From positions 1,770,001 through 1,802,000 of the forward strand of contig OZ252279.1 of the NCBI GenBank assembly GCA_965250005.1: 32,000 nt of DNA, in the 5' to 3' direction. Below are positions 15,054 to 21,831 of the stretch, in pieces (position 1 is the first letter of the stretch; each line of letters begins with the position of its first letter). The translations under genes and the position numbers were made by a program. This stretch comes from Demequinaceae bacterium (GTDB lineage Bacteria > Actinomycetota > Actinomycetes > Actinomycetales > Demequinaceae). The notes beneath the pieces are model-generated. The model was not told where the DNA came from and did no database searches. It saw only the letters and a list, made by a program, of their open reading frames with translations.

Positions 15054-15521
15054 TCACGTATTGGATCGTTGAGGCGCTTGGGCGCTCGCTTTGACGGAGC
15101 CCCGGATCTTGACTCCGCTCTCGCGCAGTCGCGATGCTATCGTGTCGCCCGTTGTACCAAATCTCTGGCCGACAATGGCGAGTGACAGCCCCGACTCATA
15201 CAGTCGAATCGCCTCGGGCAGTTGCTCGGGCAGTAGGCCTGTGCGGCGTAGCCTCACGCCAGTGCGCTTCAAGGTTTCGCTGACCGTTGTCCGATGGCAG
15301 TTGAACTCCTTTGCGAGTTCGTAGGTCGTCGCTCCCTCGCGGTAGAGCTCAGCCAACTCCTCCACCTGATCTGGCTTGAGCCGAGTTTGTCGTTGACCGA
15401 CTCGAACACCTCGTTCAGAGTCAAGTGCAGACTTAGGGCCTGAAGCAATCTCAACAACCTGATTGGCAAGCGTTCGTAAGGCGGATCCTGTGTTCGCAAG
15501 CGAACGCCTCAGGACCACCAA
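15054..15521 (-). CDS. Double helix-turn-helix protein (resolvase/sigma-region-4-like HTHs), paralog 1
   Basis: LKPDQVEELAELYREGATTYELAKEFNCHRTTVSETLKRTGV and LPEQLPEAIRLYESGLSLAIVGQRFGTTGDTIASRLRESGV. The TTG 15521 / GTG 15518 start is inferred from alignment with paralog 2. No SD, so possibly leaderless. Confidence 0.6.
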   Translation of the reverse strand: MVVLRRSLANTGSALRTLANQVVEIASGPKSALDSERGVRVGQRQTRLKPDQVEELAELYREGATTYELAKEFNCHRTTVSETLKRTGVRLRRTGLLPEQLPEAIRLYESGLSLAIVGQRFGTTGDTIASRLRESGVKIRGSVKASAQAPQRSNT

Positions 15522-15533
15522 GAACTGACAAAG

Positions 15534-15551
15534 ACTACTAAAAATAGTAGT
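15534..15551. repeat. Perfect palindrome ACTACTA-AAAA-TAGTAGT just upstream of HTH paralog 1
   Basis: Read directly. It lies 13 nt upstream of the proposed start on the minus strand. Candidate operator or -10 region. Confidence 0.5.
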
Positions 15552-15832
15552 AAAACCAGGGGTCGCACTGTACCGGTGCGGCTCCTTTTCGTATCTCACT
15601 GCATTTGATGGTCATCGCGGAATGTGGCTTGCGACCGGGGTAACAGGGGTTCGTACTACTTCAGGGTCCTTGCACCGGTACAGGTTTTCGACCCGTTTTC
15701 GTCACGTCGCCGACCCCTGTTCGGATGTACCGGTGGTGTTGTAGACATGGCAGCGATCATGCAGCTCATGCTTGCGTTTTGCGCCCAATGCTTCACACTC
15801 GAGCGCAGTAACTCAGCAGGAGAATGACCGCC

Positions 15833-16243
15833 ATGCCGCGGGTGACCAACGACCAGCATTTCAAACGACATCAACAACTCAAGCAGATCTATCTGCAGCA
15901 TCCGAAACTCTTCACGTGTCTGCAGCCGAACGATCAGCTGGACCTCTACGTCTACTACCGACCCCACGAGACGACTTCAATCGAAGAACTCGAAGAGCAC
16001 TGGGCTCACGCAGTGGCTATCGATTACTCACTACCGAATCGTGCCGGAAAGGCCTATCTCCAGATTCTCGAACACGCCGTCGGTCACCATTCCGAGCAGA
16101 ATCGCCAGCGCTGCCAGTACCAGCGAACAAACACCGGACGCATTCGTGTTGTCGGCGCCATGCGCCCGGAGCCAGATATTGACAAACTAGTCATGGCAAT
16201 CAAAATGCTGGCTGAGCATCAGGCCAAGGAGCAGGCAGACTAA
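15833..16243 (+). CDS. Hypothetical protein (136 aa)
   Basis: AGGAGA 9 nt upstream of ATG 15833 (ATG 15824 abuts the SD). The C-terminus RIRVVGAMRPEPDIDKLVMAIKMLAEHQ shares a motif with the 1064-1267 product. Confidence 0.55.
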   Translation: MPRVTNDQHFKRHQQLKQIYLQHPKLFTCLQPNDQLDLYVYYRPHETTSIEELEEHWAHAVAIDYSLPNRAGKAYLQILEHAVGHHSEQNRQRCQYQRTNTGRIRVVGAMRPEPDIDKLVMAIKMLAEHQAKEQAD

Positions 16244-16284
16244 ACTTGATTGTTCTTTTACGTAGACATGACCTGTGAGATAAT
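16244..16284 (+). promoter_or_regulatory. Promoter/operator copy 2 (drives the PD-(D/E)xK nuclease gene)
   Basis: CTTGATTGTTCTTTTACGTAGACATGACCTGTGAGATAAT. It differs from copy 1 at 4 of ~40 positions, and the last 22 bp are identical. Confidence 0.65.
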
Positions 16285-16308
16285 GGGATCACAAGGAGGA
16301 GGCGAAGT

Positions 16309-17772
16309 TTGGAAGATCTCTATTTCTCAGATCAGTTCGGTCTGGACCCGGCAGTGCTCGACTCGTATGGAGCATTCGACATCAGCCTTGTTTCGGATCT
16401 CCCTCTGTTCATTGACCCATTCTTGCTATTTCACAGCCCCAAGCCTGAGTACCACGAGTTGCACGCAGGCATCATCACGTATCTCAGATTCCTGCGTGAT
16501 AAGGCAGGCGATGACCTTGCTCCCGGTTTGATCGACCAGTGGTATCGGTTCGGGGAGGTCGAGCAGAACTGGCTTGGCTTCACGTTCCTAGGAAACAAGG
16601 GGCACGGCTTGGGTCGCGGTTTCGCGACGGCTCTCAATGAATCTCTCCATCGGGTGCTGACGAATTTCGGCTCTGAAGAGATCACCAAGGGCAGTCACCT
16701 TGAGAAGCTGGCGCTGATCAAGCCCGGCGTCGGGCGTGACAGCATTAGTGACTTCGCGACGAACCTGATCAAGGGATACCTGCTTGATTACACCCAAGAG
16801 TTCGCGAGCAGACATCTCGATGATGACAAGTGCGAAGAGTTTGCCGTCGAGCGAGCAGTGTTTAACTACACGACTCAAGCCTGGGAAACGCGTACCTATC
16901 GCTTGCCTTCAGCAAGAGACGACTATGTTTTGTTGACTCCGGTGGACATGTTGACGCGCGATGACACGTGGATTAGTCACAGTGACATGATCGGCAATTT
17001 CCACAAGATTCCTCCCGCGGTTTCTGACGAACAGTTGCGGGCAAAGGTGAACAACTACTTCGCATCGCGGCTCGGGGACAAACCGACCAAGAAGGATTCC
17101 GAACGAGCTGCCCAGCGGACAATTCTCGAGTTTCCCGAGTTGATCGACATTTACATTCGCAGCCGTGAGGATGACGGCGATCGGGCTGTCGGATTCAGCA
17201 GCGCTCGTCGCGATGAGACCAAACACGTGCTCGTCGGGATGGTCAAGAAGTTGGTCAGCGATCTGTCGAGCCGTACCGATCTCCTATCAGGTGCACTGAC
17301 GAGCTACGACGAAGCATTTCGACTTGTTCATGGCTTTAAGCAATACATCGAGAACCAAGATGGGTATCGTCTGATCAACCGAGATGGAAACGAGAAGCCA
17401 TTTTCAAACGAGTCAGATGTCCAATTGTTCTTCGGACTCACGTTCTTGGCAACAAGATTTGACTTGAATCGCGAGCCGAACAACGGTCGCGGTCCGGTCG
17501 ACTTCAAGGTCAGTGAAGGAGCATTCGACAAGTCACTGATTGAGTTCAAATTGGCAAGCAACACGCAACTTAAGCGCAATCTCCAGAAGCAGGTTCAAAT
17601 CTACGAGGCAGCGAACCAGACTCGTTCGTCGGTCAAGGTGATCATCTTCTACACCCAGCAGGAACAGGAAAAGGTCCAACGGATTCTCTCTGATCTGAAA
17701 CTTACAGGCGAAGAGTCCATCGTCGTCATTGACGCTCGCGCAGACAACAAGCCAAGCGCATCAAAGGCGTGA
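16309..17772 (+). CDS. Large protein with a C-terminal PD-(D/E)xK nuclease motif
   Basis: TTG start behind AGGAGGAGG. The C-terminal part has NESDVQLFF (E368/D370), GRGPVDFKV (D398) and SLIEFKL (E412-x-K414). The N-terminal ~350 aa (FDISLVSDLPLFIDPFLLFHSP...) is unassigned. Confidence 0.8.
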   Translation: MEDLYFSDQFGLDPAVLDSYGAFDISLVSDLPLFIDPFLLFHSPKPEYHELHAGIITYLRFLRDKAGDDLAPGLIDQWYRFGEVEQNWLGFTFLGNKGHGLGRGFATALNESLHRVLTNFGSEEITKGSHLEKLALIKPGVGRDSISDFATNLIKGYLLDYTQEFASRHLDDDKCEEFAVERAVFNYTTQAWETRTYRLPSARDDYVLLTPVDMLTRDDTWISHSDMIGNFHKIPPAVSDEQLRAKVNNYFASRLGDKPTKKDSERAAQRTILEFPELIDIYIRSREDDGDRAVGFSSARRDETKHVLVGMVKKLVSDLSSRTDLLSGALTSYDEAFRLVHGFKQYIENQDGYRLINRDGNEKPFSNESDVQLFFGLTFLATRFDLNREPNNGRGPVDFKVSEGAFDKSLIEFKLASNTQLKRNLQKQVQIYEAANQTRSSVKVIIFYTQQEQEKVQRILSDLKLTGEESIVVIDARADNKPSASKA

Positions 17773-18078
17773 TCTGCGGACTGAGCTTCCACGGATCGAC
17801 ACTCTCGCTCGTCTCAACAGGCCACTTGCCGTCGTCCGGTGGCAGTTGAACTCCTCGGCCAGTTCGTAGGTAGTGGCTCCCTCGCGGTAGCGCTCCACCA
17901 AGCGCTCCACCAAGCGCTCCACCTGACTCGGCTTCAACCGAGTTTGGTGTTGACCGATTTGACCCGTTCCTTCACTGTCAGGCGCGGATTTGGGGCCTGA
18001 GGCAATTTCAACAACCTGATCGGCGAGCGTTCGTAGGTCGGATCCAGTGTTCGCAAGCGAACGCCTCAGGACCACCAT
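17761..18078 (-). pseudogene. HTH paralog 2, truncated after the first HTH, with an in-frame 12-bp tandem repeat
   Basis: About 80 percent nt identity by eye to 15054-15521 over ~250 bp: MVVLRRSLANTGSDLRTLADQVVEIASGPKS...YREGATTYELAEEFNCHRTT. The second HTH is missing. CGCTCCACCAAG occurs 2.7 times at 17891-17923 (VERLVERLVER). The 3' end overlaps the nuclease gene by 12 nt. Confidence 0.5.
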
Positions 18079-18111
18079 GACGGGTTCTTTAGAACCCTGA
18101 CCAAGTCGATG

Positions 18112-18149
18112 AACCCGGTTCTCCCCATCAGGGGGCAACCGGGTTTTTT
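18112..18149 (+). terminator. Strong hairpin plus T-run immediately left of the IS
   Basis: AACCCGGTT-ctCCCCatcaGGGGgc-AACCGGGTT followed by TTTTTT (18144-18149). Confidence 0.5.
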
Positions 18150-18195
18150 GATTTGGCCTGGGTTTTGTTCCGACTTTTCAGTAAGGATGGAACCC

Positions 18196-18507
18196 ATGAC
18201 TAGATACACACCGCAGATGCGTGAGCGGGCGTTGAGAATGCTTGCTGAGGCGAGGCCGGATCACCCGAGTTTGATGACTGCGATCCGTCACGTGGCAGGC
18301 TTGCTTGGGATGAGCCCGGAGACGCTTCGCGTGTGGCAACGCCGCTACGAGGTCGATGCCGGGCAACGCCCGGGGGCGACTAGCGACATAGTTGAGGACA
18401 ACCGGCGTTTGAAGCGCGAGAACGCGGAGTTGCGCAAAGCGAATGAGGTCCTTCGGGCTGCGAGCGTGTTTTTTGCGAAGGAGCTCGACCAGCCACGGAC
18501 GAGATGA
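18196..18507 (+). CDS. IS3 transposase OrfA (HTH)
   Basis: MTRYTPQMRERALRMLAEARPD...SPETLRVWQRRYEVD plus leucine zipper-like RRLKRENAELRKANEVLRAA. AAGGA upstream of ATG 18196. A T6G run at 18469-18475 lies near the orfA end. Confidence 0.85.
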   Translation: MTRYTPQMRERALRMLAEARPDHPSLMTAIRHVAGLLGMSPETLRVWQRRYEVDAGQRPGATSDIVEDNRRLKRENAELRKANEVLRAASVFFAKELDQPRTR

Positions 18508-19430
18508 CCCGCTTCATTGACGAGCACAAGGGTCGTTTCGGGGTTGAGCTCATCTGCCGGGTGTTACGCGTGGCGGTTCGTGGATTTGTCACCTCGCGCG
18601 GTTATCGCGCCGCTAAGACGCGTCCACCGTCCGTGCGTGCCCTGCGTGATGGTCTGCTTGTGCCCGAGGTGGTCCGGTTGCATGCAGAGAACTACGGCGT
18701 GTACGGGAGGCGGAAAATGCATGCGCTGCTGAAGCGGCAAGGCTGGCAGGTTGGGCGGGACCAGACCGAGCGACTCATGCGCCTGGCAGGTGTTCGGGGT
18801 GTGAAACGCTCGAAGAAAGTGTTTACGACCAAGAGTGATCCTGCTGCCGCCAAGCCGCAGGATCTTGTGCAACGCCGGTTCACTGCACCAGCACCGCGCC
18901 GTTTGTGGGTCGCGGACATCACCTACGTCGCGACCTGGTCCGGTTTCGCTTACGTCGCGTTCGTCACCGACGTCTACTCACGCAGGATCGTCGGATGGAA
19001 CGTCGCATCGACCCTGCAGGCTGACATCCTGCCTTTGCGGACGCTCGACATGGCCGCCTGGGACGCGGCAGGCGACCTCGCTGGCCTCGTCCATCATGCC
19101 GACCACGGCTCAAACTATTTGGCTACGGTCTACACCGACCGCGTCATCGAGCTCGGTGCGAAACCTTCCACCGGCTTGGTCGGCGACTCATATGACAATG
19201 CCCTCGCCGAGGCCATCAACGGCCTCTACAAAACAGAACTCATCCGCCAGCAAGGGCCCTGGCGCACCGTCGAACAAGTCGAGTTCGCGACCCTCGAATA
19301 CGTGTGGTGGTGGAACAACAAACGACTCCACGGCGAACTCGACATGCACACCCCCGTCGAGATCGAACAGGCGTACTACGCTGGCCAAGAATCAACCCAA
19401 CCGGCATCCGCCGGACAGGGAAACACCTAG
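18504..19430 (+). CDS. IS3 transposase OrfB (DDE/rve integrase core), normally made as an OrfAB -1 frameshift fusion
   Basis: RLWVADITYV...HADHGSNY...DNALAEAINGLYKTE...RLHGELDMHTPVEIE is a DDE pattern. The frame is -1 relative to orfA. Confidence 0.85.
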   Translation: MTRFIDEHKGRFGVELICRVLRVAVRGFVTSRGYRAAKTRPPSVRALRDGLLVPEVVRLHAENYGVYGRRKMHALLKRQGWQVGRDQTERLMRLAGVRGVKRSKKVFTTKSDPAAAKPQDLVQRRFTAPAPRRLWVADITYVATWSGFAYVAFVTDVYSRRIVGWNVASTLQADILPLRTLDMAAWDAAGDLAGLVHHADHGSNYLATVYTDRVIELGAKPSTGLVGDSYDNALAEAINGLYKTELIRQQGPWRTVEQVEFATLEYVWWWNNKRLHGELDMHTPVEIEQAYYAGQESTQPASAGQGNT

Positions 19431-19449
19431 GAACTAAACCCAGGCCAAA

Positions 19450-20166
19450 TCAGATTGCTCGAGCAAGTTCGACGCGGCTGTCCCAGGTGTTTCGGTCAAG
19501 GAGTTCGCGTCGCATCGAGGACCAGAATGATTCGATGAGTGCGTTGTCCACAGACGACGCGACCCTTCCCATCGATCCGAGGAACCCAGCTTGGCGTAGT
19601 CGGTGCCCGAAAATCCAACTCGTGTATTGCGCTCCTCGATCAGCATGAACAATGGTCCCGGGCTTGGGGCGGCGTTGCCAGCGAGCCATTTCCAGGGTGT
19701 CGGTGACGAGCTCTGCGGTGGGTCGGTCAGCAATAGACCAGCCCACGACACGGCGGGAGAAAGCATCAACAACGGCGCAGCAGTAAACCCACCCGTCCCG
19801 CGCGCGATGCTGCGTGATGTCGGTAAACCACACCCGATCAGGCTGATCGGCTCGGAACTGGCGTTTGACAAGGTCGTCATGGGTGGCTGCTGCTGGGGCC
19901 CATCCACGCCGTTTACGCCCGTGTGACACGCCTCGTAGGCCCGCTTCACGCAACAGTCGGGCCACCCGTTTACGGCTGCAGGCCACACCGTGCTCGATTG
20001 AGAGATCGTCGTGGATGCGCTTCGCACCATACGTGCCCCGCGAGTCACGATGGATCCGGCAAATCACCTCCGTGAGTGCCCGATCCTCGACCGCACGCCG
20101 TGACGGGGCCCTGCCTAACCACTCGTAGTAGCCGGCACGAGAAACGCCAAGTTTTTGGCACGCCAC
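19450..20166 (-). pseudogene. Truncated IS3 OrfB (DDE transposase lacking its C-terminal ~40-50 aa)
   Basis: VWFTDITQH...VHADRGAQYTS...DNALIESFWSSMRRELL...ELARAI then stop. The frame is open upstream to the CCCAAAA slippery site at complement 20217-20223. Confidence 0.7.
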
Positions 20167-20532
20167 CGCGACGGGTATCCCGTCGCGGCTGAGCTCGTGG
20201 ACGAGCCGGAAACCTATTTTGGGAGCACGTTCTCCCGCGCAAAATATGCAGAAGCACGCTTCAAGATTTCGTTCTCCATCTGAAGCACCCGATTCTTGCG
20301 GCGCAACTGCACCAACTCGCGTCGCTCCTCAGTCGTGAGACCTTCAACACGGCCCGCGTTAATGTCGTCTTGCTTCATCCACCGCCGCAAACACGACTCA
20401 CTGATCCCAAGCCCGCTCGCAACCTGCGCGACCGGCTCTCCCTGACGCACCAAATCCAATGCTCGACGCCTAAACTCCGGCGGTTTCGCTTGTGGCATTC
20501 CGAACTCCTCTCGGGAACATCATCCCAAGTCA
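19453..20532 (-). mobile_element. Second IS3-family element, 3'-truncated by the first IS
   Basis: Its left IR (read on the minus strand from 20532) is TGACTTGGGATGATGTTCCC. orfA is intact. orfB ends prematurely exactly at the IRR of the other IS, whose terminal TCA supplies the stop. No right IR is present. Confidence 0.75.
20214..20498 (-). CDS. IS3 transposase OrfA
   Basis: MPQAKPPEFRRRALDLVRQGEPVAQVASGLGISESCLRRWMKQD...RKNRVLQMENEILKRASAYFA. It ends at a CCCAAAA -1 frameshift heptamer. Confidence 0.85.
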   Translation of the reverse strand: MPQAKPPEFRRRALDLVRQGEPVAQVASGLGISESCLRRWMKQDDINAGRVEGLTTEERRELVQLRRKNRVLQMENEILKRASAYFARENVLPK

Positions 20533-20832
20533 TGTGTCCGGAAAAGCGGGGTCGGCTCCGGTATCGCGCTCAAGGGCAAGAACAATCCGTACACCTCCCA
20601 CAACAGCCACATGTTCAGCTTTCTCGGCAAGGACGACGCGGTGGTGGTTCGCTTGGCCAAGGATGACAAGCAGCAATACGACCACGAACACGGCACCGGA
20701 GACGTGCTCGCGTACGGGGCCGTGATGCGCGGGTATGTGCACGTGACAGACGAAATTCTCCGTGACGGAGCGCGCTGCGCGGACCTGATCCGCGAGGGGC
20801 TCGCGTTCGCAGGCTCCCTGAAGCCCAAGTAG
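20533..20832 (+). pseudogene. 5'-truncated TfoX/Sxy N-terminal-domain-like gene interrupted by the IS
   Basis: The frame is open from the IS boundary: ...HMFSFLGKDDAVVVRLAKDDKQQYDHEHGTGDVLAYGAVMRGYVHVTDEILRDGARCADLIREGLAFAGSLKPK. This resembles the C-terminal two-thirds of actinobacterial TfoX_N-family proteins. No N-terminus or start context. Confidence 0.45.
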
Positions 20833-20865
20833 CCGGGACTCCAGCCGCGCCCCACCGGCGCAAAT

Positions 20866-20905
20866 CACCAGTGGAGGCCACCCAACCGGGCGGCCTCCAC
20901 TGGTG
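20866..20905. terminator. Bidirectional terminator hairpin between convergent genes
   Basis: CACCAGTGGAGGCC-acccaaccgggc-GGCCTCCACTGGTG, a perfect 14-bp stem. Confidence 0.6.
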
Positions 20906-20924
20906 AACTGTGATTGAGTGCTGC

Positions 20925-21767
20925 CTATTCGACGGGCTCTAGCTCGGTGATGTCGCGGCCTTCCTTCTCGGCCTCGATCTCCGCCTTCTGGTTGCGCACC
21001 TGCTCGACGATTTCGTCGATGTTTTCCGGAATTTCGTAGCCGCAGACCGCGAGTTCGGACTCCACCTCGAGCGTGAGGCGGTCCTTGCCCTCATCGTGCG
21101 CCTTGCCCACGGTTCCCTGGTAGATGGTGTCGTCCGCGGACTCGCGGTTGACATCGTCCACGTCGGAGCAGACGTGGTACACCGCCCCACCGTCGACCCA
21201 AGTCACGAGGTTCTCGCCGGTGAGCTCTTCAATGAGCGACGCCTGCTTCTCGACAGATGGCGAGTCGTACGTGATTCCGGAGCCGAAGAACACGACTGCC
21301 GCCACCACGCTGGCGACGATTGTCGCGATGGTTTTGTCCTTCTGGTCGATGTCCTTGTTCATCAGGATGAAGATGATGAGCGGGATGAAGGCTATGAGCG
21401 TAATGATCGCGCCCAGCTGGTTCTGGATCCAGAACTTGGCGGGCTCGTCGCGGCGGGCCGGGTCGAGCTCGTTGGCCTTCTTCCAAAGGATGTTGCCGAC
21501 GAACGCGAGGACGCCAATGACGCCGATCGCGATGTACAGCATTGTCATGTCTGGCTCGTTCTTCTTCAGGATGAAGAAGATTGCGTAGGCCTCACCTGCG
21601 ATAGCGAGGATCCACAGTATCCACGCGATGACGCGGAACTTGGTTGCCTTGCCCTTGGCCTCGGCGCTGGGCTTCCAGTTTGCCTTGGCGGTCTTACCTT
21701 TGGTGCTCTTGCTGCCGTCCGACTTGGACGCCGACCGCACGACCTTCTTCTTGCCCTTTTCTGCCAC
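20925..21767 (-). CDS. Conserved membrane protein (Lys-rich N-terminus, 4-5 TM helices, acidic C-terminal domain)
   Basis: GTG start behind GGAGGA. TM spans are VIAWILWILAIAGEAYAIFFIL, MLYIAIGVIGVLAFVGNILW, LGAIITLIAFIPLIIFILM and IATIVASVVAAVVFFGSG. Confidence 0.8.
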   Translation of the reverse strand: MAEKGKKKVVRSASKSDGSKSTKGKTAKANWKPSAEAKGKATKFRVIAWILWILAIAGEAYAIFFILKKNEPDMTMLYIAIGVIGVLAFVGNILWKKANELDPARRDEPAKFWIQNQLGAIITLIAFIPLIIFILMNKDIDQKDKTIATIVASVVAAVVFFGSGITYDSPSVEKQASLIEELTGENLVTWVDGGAVYHVCSDVDDVNRESADDTIYQGTVGKAHDEGKDRLTLEVESELAVCGYEIPENIDEIVEQVRNQKAEIEAEKEGRDITELEPVE

Positions 21768-21831
21768 GATTATTCCTCCAATTAGATGTACGAAAAGAGC
21801 CTAGCGCACGGTTCAAGGGAGCGGGAGGCGG

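Larger units (their letters stand above)
18149..19452 (+). mobile_element. Intact IS3-family insertion sequence (1304 bp)
   Basis: Terminal inverted repeats match at 22 of 23 positions. IRL is TGATTTGGCCTGGGTTTTGTTCC (18149-18171). The reverse complement of the right end (19430-19452) is TGATTTGGCCTGGGTTTAGTTCC. orfA/orfB are in 0/-1 frames. Flanks TTT / GAT show no target-site duplication. Confidence 0.85.

Noticed and set aside
15656-15967. 103-aa minus-strand ORF overlapping the 15833 gene start region
   Set aside because: It is antisense to a gene with an SD and shares the motif-dense intergenic region. It has no start context and no recognisable features.
18109-18195. ORF-track start of IS3 orfA at 18109 (inside the hairpin and left IR)
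   Set aside because: That start lies outside the IS boundary defined by the inverted repeats. ATG 18196 behind AAGGA gives the canonical MTRYTPQMRERALRML N-terminus.
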